Positions 29,502-40,845 of a stretch of 64,000 nt of DNA are shown piece after piece; position 1 is the stretch's first letter, and each line of letters opens with the position of its first letter. Below the pieces are notes generated by a model. That model was not told the DNA's origin, did no database searches, and was given only the letters and a program-made list of their open reading frames with translations. Made by a program: the position numbers and the translations under genes. Source of the DNA: Eutreptiella sp. 'Long Island Sound 2002' (lineage: Eukaryota > Protista > Euglenida); the NCBI GenBank assembly GCA_964036045.1, contig OZ038378.1:196664001-196728000 (forward strand), read 5' to 3'.

Positions 29502-32500
29502 GTGACCCCTTCTCACCGGCCGGGTTCATCAATCTGCCAGCATCATGAGTGGCTGTTACAGGTTGCCCTGGATGAGGTTGATGGACAGGGAGGGGGTGAA
29601 CTGGAGGTGCGTGCTTCTGATTTGAAAATCCTGAGGCTCTCTGAGTGGGCTGTACTTCCAACAAGGGGGACGCCTGGTGCAGCAGGACTTGATTTATCCG
29701 CTGCAGAATCGGTGGTCATAGATCCATGGAGTCGCAAATTGGTGCGTACAGACCTGGCTATTTCCACACCTCTTGCAACCTACGCCAGAGTGGCCCCTAG
29801 GTCCGGAATGAGTTTGAAGAACAGCATTGATATTGCCGCAGGTGTCATTGACCATGATTACCGTGGGAATTTGGGTATCATACTTGTAAATAATAGTTCT
29901 GTGCCTTTCTCTGTGAAGGTACATGATCATGTAGCCCAGTTGATAGTGGAGCGTGTTTGTATGAGTAATGTGGTGGAAGTGCAGTCATTGCCACCCACTG
30001 AAAGATCTGGACAGGGCTTTGGAAGCACTGGAGTGGGTGCACATCCCTGCCGGTCTGGAGACAGACAATGTTGTAGTCACCAAGGGGGGTGTTGTTGTGC
30101 GTCCGTAGCGAGGGCATTAACTACTGATAAACTAGGTCCGCTACAGGACGTATCCCTCCCTGGTGATGAAGCCGCCTTTGAGGTGTCTATGCCCACGTGT
30201 GTCAATGCTGTACTTGGGTATGACTCTGATTTTGAGTCCCAGGGTCTGTCTGACGTTGAGTCAGAAGGTTGCAATGAGCAGCCTGTTCCTGATTGTTTTG
30301 CGGGAGGCTGGGGGTAAAACCGGGATACCGATCAGGATGTTGTTGACGGCGTCCACCCTGAACACCATACCCCTGAGACATACATCCCCCCCAAAGGTTG
30401 TGAGCCGTCTGCAATGCATCAGGTTGACACTTTTCCTCACATGCGTGGGATGCGTCAGTTCTCCTCCTCACCGTTGCAGCGAAGACTGTCGAGAAAAACT
30501 GCAGGGGTGATGTGGCGAAGGGGAAAGTACAGTCTCACACCATCTGTATTCTCGTCCATTGTGGAGTGGGCTGGGGAGTTAGCAACAGTTGATGTATTTA
30601 GTACAGCACAGCCTATGCAGAAGTCTGTTCGTAAATGCTGGGGCCCCAGACCTTTCGATAGGTCCTGGGCTGATCAGTTTGTATATGTCCATCCCCCGTT
30701 CGGTAAGTACCGTCAGGTGGTTGAGAAAATACTGATTGACCAGGCCAGAGGCTTGGCTATAGTGCCTGTTGCCAAAACAGAGCCCTGGTTTTGGGCACTC
30801 GGTGAGATTGCAGTTGACTGGTGGGACCTACCCAGTGATTGGAAAATATTCCAGGACCCATCAGGTCGACAGTTTTCGCAGCGAGGAGCCTATACCACTA
30901 GTGTATTGTTATTCAATGCCCCTTCCAGCTCTGAGTATGCGTGGGGTGATACTGCGTCTGGGGTCGTTGATGATGTGTCTCCTGTTGGGGAGCGCACTGC
31001 CAAATTGCAATCTGTGTTTGTAGGTTCGCCGGGTAAGACTCCTATCAATATCCGGAACCGAACCATAAGATCTGTGATTGAGTCTGACATGGAACATCCA
31101 GACTGTGCCAGGTATCGTGAGTTATTAGAACAAGAATTTGCGGATGTTTTTCAGTTTAAAGCCATTATTCAGGAGGATCCTGATGATCTGAAGTTGCGAG
31201 GTGATTACGGTGTTTGTCATATTGAGCTCGTTGAAGGTGCCGCACCAAAGGCGGTCACGCCGTATAGGTGTGTAGGAGTTCGGGCTGCGGCTTTTAAAGC
31301 CCTAATTGAAAAGTTTCAGGGGCGTGGCATGTTGCGTACAGCCAGGGAAAAAAATCCGCAGTGGGTTTCAAGGGCATTTGTAGTTCCTAAGCCGGGGGGA
31401 AAGTGGCGGTCAATCATAGACTACCGTCACCTTAACTCCCAAATTAAGGATCTGCATTTCCCCCTGCCCAATATTGAGGATCGTCTGGTGGAGGAGGGGA
31501 AAAATGTCCTGTGGACAATTTTTGATTTCGAAGATGGCTTCCATCAAATGCCACTTTCCGAAGAGTCAAAGAGCTTTTATGACTCCTTAGGGGGTATTTG
31601 AATGGGAGGTTCTTCCCATGGGGCTTAAGACTGCTCCGGCAGTGTATCAGAGAATGGTAGACTGGTGCCTATCCCAAGATCCAGATATCAGGGCTCGTCC
31701 CTATATCGATGATATTCTGGAGGGGACCAGAGGTAATGAACAGGGTCAAATTGATGGCTCAGTTCTGCACCACCATTATGAGTTGCTCCGAAAAATTTTC
31801 ACATGCCTTCGTAAATACAAGCTCATTGTTAAACGTGACAAGTGTCATATGTTTATGACACGTGTTAAGTTTTGTGGCCATGTTTTGGAGGCCGGAACCC
31901 GAAGAGCAGCCCCCAGTAAAACGGAACCCATTGACCGATGGTCATGGGAATACATCCGAACCCCCACCCAGATGAAGGCCTTTTTGGGCCTCACTCAGTG
32001 GTATTCCATCTACATGCCCAATTATTCACATCACGCAGCCATCGTGAGTGATGCGCTTGCGGGCATGGAGAGTAACACTAGGGCAAGTAAGCGTAAAGTT
32101 CAGCACACGAAAATAAAGTGGACAGAGGAGATGAAGGAGGCTTTCAAAGCCATCAAGCTTCTCATGCGTGATTCTGCAGTATTGCAGATACCTTACCCCG
32201 CAAAAGAATTTCTGATTCGCACAGATGCATCTAAACATGCAGTTGGTGCATCCCTAGAGCAGGCGGATGGGAACGGTGACTATCGTCCAGTAGCCTTTTT
32301 CAGCCGCAAGCTCCAGGGCAGGGACAATCTTGGCCAGCGAGCGTGGTCTACCAGAGAGAAGGAGACCTACGCGCTGATAGGGGCCTTGCAGAAATTCAGG
32401 GCATGGATTTAGTCCACGGTATTGGTGCGGTGTCTCACTGACAACCAGGCACTGATTTCCTGGTTGTATGAGGATTGGGGTACAATTAGTGTCCCCGTGG

Positions 32501-35200
32501 GCACGAGAGGGCGCTGGCACGAATTTTTGTCCCAGTTTAAAAACTAGTTGAGTATACTCTTGGTAAGGGACATATAGTGCCAGACACGCTTAGCCACTGG
32601 GCTTACCCAGCGTGCGAACATGCAGGGGATTGCACAATGCAGGGTTCTGTAGAAGATGCTGCGGGAGTCGCAGCGGATGAGCAGGAATCACGTCGGTGGG
32701 AGGACCAGCAGTTAGCTGCACATGTTTTACGTCGCCTGAGGGAGGAGAGGGCAGAACTGGGACGATTGCGCTCAGTTCGTGTCTCTTTCGAGTCGTATCA
32801 GGCAGTACAGACTGAAGGTGCTGCCAGAGACCTGTCCTTCGTTGAAGAGAGATTACGGAAAATGTGTTCTGAACTTGTTCCCGATGAAGATACAGTAATG
32901 GATAAAGGGAATGTACGTGCACAGGGTATTTTGCAACACATGCAGCATCAGCACTGGGGTTTACAGGCAGCCTGTTGGCCAGCCAGAATTAGTGGTGTGT
33001 CCACCAGGTCAACGACCCGCGAGAACGGAATCAGTTCTTTGGCTGCAGGTGAAGCTCATCAGGTGTCAGGTGGACATATGCAATTGCCTCAGCAAGCTGC
33101 AGGTGATGCTGAACAAGCTGTGCATGTGTCTCAGATTCCCCGAAATTCCGGTGATACTTTTGTCCTTTTCGCAGACTGGACAGAAGCATGTAAAGCAGAC
33201 GAACATCTGAAGGAGCTGTACGAATATCTCAGTGCAGGTAATTCACGCGCAGGTTTTGGGTTGTATCGTTGAAAGATTAGGAATAATGGGAAGATCTTGG
33301 TGCCCACCAGCTTGGTGGACATGGTTGTCAAGGCGATGCACAGCTTTGCGCTTCCAAGGGTCAGCAAATTAAAGGAGCTTTGTCTCCGGAAGTTCGCATT
33401 CCCTGAAGACCTGGACGCTCACATTCAGGCGCTTATTGCTGGCTGTGCCACCTGTGCAACGTGCAAAGCACGCAATCATCCCTCTCCAGATACCATGGAA
33501 CATTACCCCATACCAGAGTACCCCTTCTCGTCATTAGCTATGGATTTCACCAAGTTACCGCTAGTCTCTGTAGGTGATGAGAAGTTTGATTATGCCTTTG
33601 TTATCGTCGACCGACTAACAGGATACACCATGGCTATTCCATGTTAGGAAAAGGGCCTAAATGCTGAAAAGGTGGCTTCACTGTTTTTGGAGAAATGTGT
33701 TTTTTTTACAGGATTGCCGCATGAAATTATGTCCGACAATGACAAAGTCATTTCAAAAGACTTTTTCGAAACCCTCTGTGCTCTGAGTGGAATTGAGCAG
33801 CACAAGGGTGTCATTTACCGCCCTCAGTCCAATGGCAGGGCTGAAGTGGCTGTTAAACTGGTGGTCAACGGTTTAAGGCGGTATCTGGCGGATCGGAAGG
33901 GTAATTGGGTGCATGCATTGCCTTTGGCATTGTGGAGCCTCAATGACCTCCCGGGGGTGGTGTTCCCCTACTCCCCCCATAGGTTAGTCTTTGGGAGGGA
34001 CCCGGTTGGGTTTGGGGATTGCCCCCCCTATGAGGTTGAGGAGGGTCACGAAGATGCACTGGAGTTCTTTGACCGGGTCAGCAAGGAACGCCAGTTGGTT
34101 CAACAGCGGCTGACCAAAATTCATGAGCGAGAGAAGCGAGCTTGGTTGAAAAAACATCCACAGTTACAGCTGCAGGTTGGTGATCGAGTGTGGGTCAGGT
34201 TCTTGCCCAATGAAGCTGGTGTTCACAAGCTTCACAGGTTGTAGTTCGGACCCTGTGAGGTGCTGCAGTGCCTCAGTGAAACACGTTTTCTGATTTCGAC
34301 GCCCAAGGGTGAGCAGATCTTGCCTGCCACGAGACTGAAGCCCTACGTGTCCCCCTTCAAAGGACAGCCCATGCCGTTTCATTATTTTGTAGATGGTGAC
34401 AGTGTGCCTCAGGATGATTCATACACTGTTGAGGCTGTGACGGGCTGTATATGGCAGGGTTCAGGGCGAAACCGGAAGCGCAAGTGGAAGGTGAAGTGGC
34501 GTGGACATGAGGAAGAAACTTGGGAGACACAGGATAAGTTTGTGGAACATGTTAATGATGTGTGGGTCAAATATAACAGGGATCATGGCATCAATATCTC
34601 TGTTAATGATTTGATTCGCACCATACAATGTGTGCCCCTGTGTTTGCTGCTGTGATGGTGTTTTCTCAATTCTCACTTCCTTGTGTTTTCAGGACCGATT
34701 TCAGTTTAAGAAGATGAACCAGAAGCAGAATTTAATTAATTTCTCACGTCCTGAGTTCTGCATGGCAGGGCCTGGCCAGATTTGTCATGGATCATTGGTG
34801 TCTGTTTTCTTTTGCCTGATTTTCTCTATGTTTGCATGATTTTAGTTGTCCCCATCCAAGGTTTCCCTTGTGGAATTTGCAGATACTGAATATGCAGATA
34901 GTGGTGGCATTTTGTTGCACGCTGTAAGATATCGTGCGGCATACTGTGATGTACTGCATTGTATTTGTATTTGTATTGAGCCCATTTCTGCTGCCTTATG
35001 TTTTCTACACACCAGACTGCCCAATTATCGTCAGTCACCCCAGATTTGATTTTCCTGAGGATTGCCTAGCCTAGGAGGGGGGTGCAGCAGGTCTGGTCAC
35101 GTGTGCAGATGGAGAGGATCCTAATCTGTTGCGATTATTTCAGTTTGCACAGACGATTGTGCCTTTTGCTATGATGCTCAATCGGGATTGTGTTGCAGTC
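29502..35200 (+). mobile_element. Decayed Ty3/Gypsy (chromovirus-like) element E2: dUTPase - MTase-like - RT - RNase H - integrase - chromodomain - PPT - LTR start; 5' half displaced by Z
   Basis: dUTPase at ~29620-30040 (GAAGLDL, RSG, GVIDHDY, GFGST). MTase-like at ~30500-30920 (DVFST...SWADQFVYVHPPF). RT (DFEDGFHQM, YIDD at 31702); RH (RTDASKHAVGA, REKETYAL); IN (H..C..C, MDF, SDN, PQSNGRAE). Chromodomain at ~34410-34580. PPT aggagggggg at 35073-35082 is followed by TG at 35083. Several stops and frameshifts; right boundary uncertain. Confidence 0.9.
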
Positions 35201-35205
35201 CATGA

Positions 35206-35859
35206 TTATTGATTTATTCTCTTGCACAGGCTCCTGTTATCACTTTCTGATGAAAATGCAGTACAATTCCAGCTTTGATGCTCTGCAGTGATACTCGTGC
35301 AGTTGTCCTCAATCTTACGAGCTGTGTCATACATTTCCTGTAACACAATGAGGTCACACTTTGGAACCTTACAACGAGTCAGCCAACTAGATTCACGGAT
35401 TGCGGCAGTGGCCACAATGTCCAACTTGGTCTTCATGGTGTGAAAAATATCGTAAAACTCCTTTTCAGCCTCATGAAACTCAGGCGGAAAGAGGGATTGT
35501 CGGGGTTGAGCAGCAACAGGAAGTGGGTCAGAATCAGGGTGAACAACGTCGTAGTACTGAGCATCTGCGAGCTTAACCAAATCTGACACCTCTGCTTGCA
35601 ATTCTACAAACCAAGCCCCTAAATCCTTACTTGCTCTATGCAAGGCATAATCCTTGTGGAAAGCCCTTTGCCTTGAGGATCCCTCCACCCAGTAATGACA
35701 AGCATCGTAAAGTTTCCAAAGCCGCTGGCTGAACAAATTGGGGTCCGAACTTGGTTCTTCACTCTTGGGCATGAGCAAATGCTTCTTAGGCCTGGGTGGA
35801 AGCTCACAACCAAGTGGGATAGGCTTGGGAGCGCTGGTGACCTTGAGGAACTTTAACAT
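35206..35859 (-). CDS. Hypothetical protein (~217 aa), probably a host gene; the C-terminus may be affected by an intron or by the adjacent LTR
   Basis: Part of ORF 35206..35961. The ATG at 35859 is preceded by ttttttttgtag|ctctaat, an acceptor-like T-tract plus AG. Globular-looking composition; no family recognised. Confidence 0.55.
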   Translation of the reverse strand: MLKFLKVTSAPKPIPLGCELPPRPKKHLLMPKSEEPSSDPNLFSQRLWKLYDACHYWVEGSSRQRAFHKDYALHRASKDLGAWFVELQAEVSDLVKLADAQYYDVVHPDSDPLPVAAQPRQSLFPPEFHEAEKEFYDIFHTMKTKLDIVATAAIRESSWLTRCKVPKCDLIVLQEMYDTARKIEDNCTSITAEHQSWNCTAFSSESDNRSLCKRINQ

Positions 35860-36509
35860 ATTAGAGCTACAAAAAAAAGTACGAAAATACGACTTTTTCC
35901 AAAACCAGTCAAAACAGGTGGGAAAAGCAAAGCAATACAACAACAATGAATGTAGCGACAAACAGAAGTGCGAATTTCATAAATGTTGCAGGGATGACCG
36001 ACAGACACTGTCGACGAGCCGATTCAATCAAAATTGTGCTGATCTATTGATTCGGCGTCTTACAAATAGGCAAATACGCAGCAGAAAAGAGCAGGGTTCC
36101 AGCCACAGAGGGTCGTTTTTGGGTTGCGGCAGTCCCGATGACGGACTTGAGAATGGGAATCGCCGGGACCCCCACCCAAAGTTCTCAGATTGTCGCTCAT
36201 TCTCCCCCCACACCAACGAACCAACAGTTGGCTGGCTCCTGGCACGCGCGCTTACGCCAAAGTATCGCTTGTGCATGCACAAGCCGCGATGTTTTGAAAC
36301 GAGAAGAAGTAGTGTAGTATTTCGTTGAAGCTTATTGGCGTATCAATGCAGAAAGATCCTGCATCAACGAAAACCGTGTGCACCTATTACACAAGTTTGA
36401 AGATTTCCAAAAGCTGTCACATGAACATATTTAGCCATAAGGGCTCCTTCCTCGACCCGTTCTTTCATTTGAGCAGAGTTCTTGCTTGAAAGTGAAATCC
36501 AGATGTGTC

Positions 36510-36524
36510 TTCCTCTTGCTGCAG
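36510..36524 (+). promoter_or_regulatory. Putative spliced-leader trans-splice acceptor upstream of chlM
   Basis: Pyrimidine tract ttcctcttgctgcag| ends 4 nt before the ATG. Similar sites precede the other two host ATGs (ctcatttccag| at 42878; ttttttttgtag| near 35867 on minus). A cis-intron in the 5'UTR is an alternative. Confidence 0.5.
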
Positions 36525-36528
36525 AAGC

Positions 36529-39026
36529 ATGTCGACCTACTGCACCATGGCGGCGGAGCCAACGCCCGCCCAGAACGGATTTTCAGCAAAGTGCTTGCTG
36601 GCTGCGACCGTCGCGTTTTTCGGTGCGGGTGTCGTGGCATTCACTGCCGGCCAACTTCATGGCTCGCTCTATGCTGTGTCCTCCACCGCCACCACCCGAC
36701 CATTCACCACGGCCCGTGTGCCCACCCGTTTGGGGGTGCAGGTATCAGCTTGTGCCGTGCTGATTGTAATTGGTTTGTGCTGGCACGGTTCTCAAGGGAG
36801 ATAGTTTCCCGAAGATTGTGTTGCACTACCGGATTTAGGCGCCCGATGCCGACAAGATCGAAGTTGAGAAATACTTCGAAGACACCTCGAAGGACGGAGG
36901 CTTCGACCGGTGGCGCCGAATCTACAGTGACTCGGAGGACGTGAACGCCGTCCAAAAGGATATTCGTGAAGGCCACCAAATCACTGTTGACAAAGTTTTG
37001 TGGTGGTTCCAATCCGACCCTGTCCCGATTGCAGGTTGCGTTTGTGGTTCTCTGGGGAAGAATGCTATGAAAGCAAAACCGCCCAACTCACTCAATACAC
37101 TTTTGCACTTTTGCTGCAAAACCAGCAATACGGGTTGCAACTCGGACGGACACGTAGCGTTGTGCTTCCGCAAAGTTCAGTTCTGGTCGGTAGCAGTTAG
37201 TGCACGTATTAGTCGTGTCAATGGTGTACTTCCTCAGACAAAGTTGTGATGCTCTGGAATATTTCCCGAATTTCTTTCCACTGCGCCTCCGTGGTTCCTA
37301 AGAATCTGACATCGTTCCTTCGTGATTCATTCCTGCTGCACCTCCGTCACGGAACTGTGTCAACGGTTGTGCAGACCGTGCATCTACGTTGTTTTGTTCA
37401 CATGTTACACATCCTCAAAACGGTCAAGCCCAGTGCCTCACAGTGGGTCCAATCCAGTGCCCCGGAGTGTACACTAACGCAGGACTCTCCAGTGCCACTC
37501 ACACGCGCAAGGAGTGACCAGCTGTCCTTTAAGTCCCGAAGACTTTCTTGATGTACCTGTTTGCCCTGTTACTCTGCAAAACTGTTTGCGCTTTCCTGAC
37601 GTTGGTGTGCTGCTCCTGCTCGGATTTGCACTACACCCAATTTACTTTCAGGGAAGACGGTTGCCGACTTGGGCTGTGGAACAGGATTGCTGGCGGTGCC
37701 ATTGGCCAAACAAGGTGCAATCGTGAGCGCATCTGACATCTCTGGGCCGATGGCAGAGGCCACCACAGCCCGTGCCGAAGCTGCAGGTTTGCATTCGCGG
37801 AAGATCCTAGTGGGGACGAGAGGCAGGGACTGCAGAAGTTGTCGGGATCGTCCAGTTCCGCCTGAAACGACAAGTGTTCTGGATTGCGTGAGGAAAGAAC
37901 AAGACCCAGAAACCTCCGTAACTAACGTCAGTCTTCCAGCGGGTTAAAATGAAAAATCAGCAAAGGGTGCAGTTACATTCACTGCCTCCAAATCCTGCCT
38001 CCAAGTGTCGCAAAGTCTCCCGTTCTGTGTGTCCCATCGTCAGGGATTGACATGTCCAAGTTCACCGCATACAAGAGCGATCTCGAGTCGGTGACCGGCA
38101 AGTATGACACTGTGACGTGCATTGATGTTCTTATCCATTACCCCGAAGAAAAAATGCAGGAGATGATCCGACACCTTGCCTCCATTTCGAACGAGAGAAT
38201 CATCGTTTCGTTTGCACCTAAGCTTTGGTATTATGAGCTGCTCAAGAAGATTGGGAGCTATTTTCCAGGTTTGTTAGAGTGTCGCCACCGCGCTTCGACT
38301 GCAACTAGTGACACGTTAGACTTCGAGGAGGAGTATCTGAACACCTGGCCGAGAGTGTGTTTCACCCTGGGTGGGTGCACTTTGGAGGCGGATGCTTTCA
38401 TTACCACTTGTGTATTGGTCTACTTCATCGTGGTGTGGTCACGAAGGGACGTGTGGCAAAACCGGTCGTTTGTGGGCACGAGTTTGTCCCAGGTTCCCAG
38501 TTGTGAGTAGTGTCAATATTAACGTGAAATTTGCAGTGTCGCGACGCCCCCACTGTGGCATGGCAACAACTTGGCCAAGCATGCAAGTTTGCAGAGGCTG
38601 TGGGAAGCTCACATTTGCAGAGGCCGCTTTGGATGAAATCGGAAGTTTTGTGGGGCAATGTCTTTTGCAACCGATGTGCAAGCGCTGAAGGGATGGGAAC
38701 CATTGCTCACGTTTGATCATGGCGTTGTATTTCTTGAGTGTGCGCAATTTCTCGGCACATGTGCACATGGCTGTTTATGTCAATTTTGTTCTCCAGGTCA
38801 TGGTGTTGGGGTATTTCTTCAGTGTGCGCAACTTCTCGGAACATGTGCACATGGCTGTTTATGTCAATTTTGCTCTCCAGGTCCTTCTAAAACCACGCGA
38901 GCTTACCTCCATGACGAAGACAAGGTGATTGCTGCACTGCAGAAATATGGGTTTAAACCGAAGCGGAAAGATCTGACGGCCACCAGCTTCTACTTTTCTC
39001 GGGTGATTGAAGCCGTCCGAGAGTAA
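36529..39026 (+). CDS. chlM: Magnesium-protoporphyrin IX methyltransferase with plastid-targeting presequence; exons 36529-36741, 36839-37034, 37652-37786, 38044-38268, 38881-39026 (304 aa)
   Basis: Spliced translation gives V.KYF....GFDRWRRIY, DLGCGTG (SAM motif), SASDIS, YDTVTCIDVLIHYP, SFAPK, TRAYLH, FYFSRVIEA. All four introns are GT-AG and keep frame (915 nt). N-terminus is a hydrophobic LLAATVAFFGAGVVAF followed by an S/T/R-rich segment. Confidence 0.95.
38717..38880 (+). repeat. Tandem duplication of the 3' end of chlM intron 4, including the acceptor
   Basis: tcatgg.gttg..tatttctt.agtgtgcgcaa.ttctcgg.acatgtgcacatggctgtttatgtcaattttg.tctccag occurs twice, with AGs at 38796 and 38880 (84 nt apart). 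Confidence 0.9.
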
Positions 39027-40629
39027 TTGTGGAATGCTATCATGATTTATAAAGAACATTTTTAAGAAGGATTCATTTGTTGTTGTGCCGTTGCTCCTAC
39101 AAACGACAATGTGGAGCTGATTCGGCCCCTGCAAAATGGGATCTGGGAATTATATATTGCAGTGTGCATTGGACAAGGATGCACAGGAGAATGCTACAGA
39201 GCAACGCATATACCTTGCGCATTGAAATGTGCATTAACACTGACCGACTCCAGGATAGGTTTCACTGGCCCCTTAATTCCATCTTAGTCATGCAGTTTGC
39301 GACTAAGTCACTGACATTGGCGACTATTGTCCAAAAGCTGGCATAATCTGCATTGCGTTGCACTCATTGCTGCAATGAGACCACGAAGGGTGTGTCCCAT
39401 TTTGTGCTGTCAGTTGATTCAGAAATTGTTCTGAATCGGGTGCAATGTCAGGGGCATGGGGGGGCTGCTTGTTCAACCCCCTTTTTGCCCTGTTTGAAGT
39501 TGCTGTGGTCTTTCAGTGGTTGCAATCAAGAGATTCTTGTAGGTGGTTGTGTCAAATTAGTTCAGTGTATTATTAAGGTTTCACCCCCTTTTTTCACCCA
39601 AAGGTCCCACTTACACCCTCTTTTAGCTCCCTATGCGATTTCAACTAATGCATGCTAGGCTGAAAGTGGCGAAGTCCTCACCCGTGGGGCCCATGTGAAG
39701 GGCCAAAAAGGGTTACCCAGAGATTTGTTTCTCCAGGTGACCACTACAAACATACATGTGCAGGGGCAAGAAAACTCAGCTATCACACAGTTAAAGGTTT
39801 TTGGTTCATTTTTGTTATTTAGGGTGTTTTTTGTGATTTGCTCGAAAATACAGCTTTAGCTATCAGAAAAATTTTGCAGAAACGCAATGATGTTTTCTAT
39901 TTTTTTGACATGTATGTTGGCCATATTTTGAAAACAACAGGTTTGTTACAATTTTCTACCTAGTTTCATGATCCAATATTTGAGCAATCTAGAATGGTCA
40001 GTTTATTTTGGTACAAGTTGAAAGTAGTGGAAATTGCTGTTCTGTGCATGGTTTGTATCTGCATATGTTGCTCACTATGAGTATCATTCTTTGCGGTGCA
40101 AGGCGTGCTATAGGTTTCATGCGCATGCATGGTGCAAAGTTGCAGCGTTGTTGATATCACCATGAATACAAATTTTGACTTTTCACCAACAAGTTGATTG
40201 GTTAAACATAAACATAAACATGTGGGCAATGTTTTGACTGACCAATTGTTGGGCCGATAATGCCAACTTTGTACAAATCGCTGTGATTTCGATTGGAAAG
40301 TGAATTTTTGCATCAAAACAATGAAAACATCAAAGTTTTAGGATTTGTATCGAGAAGTCCAAAAATTGCAATGTTGTAGATGTGCGAGATGAGAAAAGCG
40401 GCACCGCACGTAGCTGCAGATTTAGGCAACCCATTTCTGCGCCCCAAAAATTTGAAGTGGTATTGATATTGCTATGTATTTCTCCATACAAGGCTACAAA
40501 CTACAACCAGCCATACCTCTGTATTATGACCCAAATCAACAGCAAATCTACCAAACAATAATATCAATAATACGCCACAAAATGCATACAAAACATGTAC
40601 AAATTATCGTGTTTTCTCATTAACGACAA

Positions 40630-40845
40630 TTTGTAGTTTATCATTGTTGTCATTGTTTTGTAGATATGATGTAGACCCGGACAAAGGATTTGTCGATCTT
40701 GTAACCAACCATACCTCTATGTAACCTCTTCCCACAAATACATGAAGAAGATGACCGATTTTGACCCAGATCGACAAATCCTTTGTCCAGGCCTGCATCA
40801 TATCTACAAAACCATGATATCTACTTCAAATAAACTGCAAAACAT
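40630..40845. repeat. Fold-back / MITE-like inverted repeat
   Basis: Arm 40651-40699 (cattgttttgtagatatgatgtagacccggacaaaggatttgtcgatct) is the near-perfect reverse complement of 40768-40816. Partial pairing extends outward. Confidence 0.75.

Noticed and set aside
31586-34245. RIP-like CpA->TpA mutagenesis suggested by TGG->TAG and CAG->TAG stops in E2 and in the LINE at 50186
   Set aside because: Ascertainment bias: any transition that creates TAG makes a TpA. X versus Y differences showed no obvious bias by eye. A proper dinucleotide mutation spectrum is needed.
898-34700. E1/E2 as DIRS elements because of the methyltransferase domain
   Set aside because: Protease, Gypsy-type RT, DDE integrase, chromodomain and PPT are present, and no tyrosine recombinase was seen.
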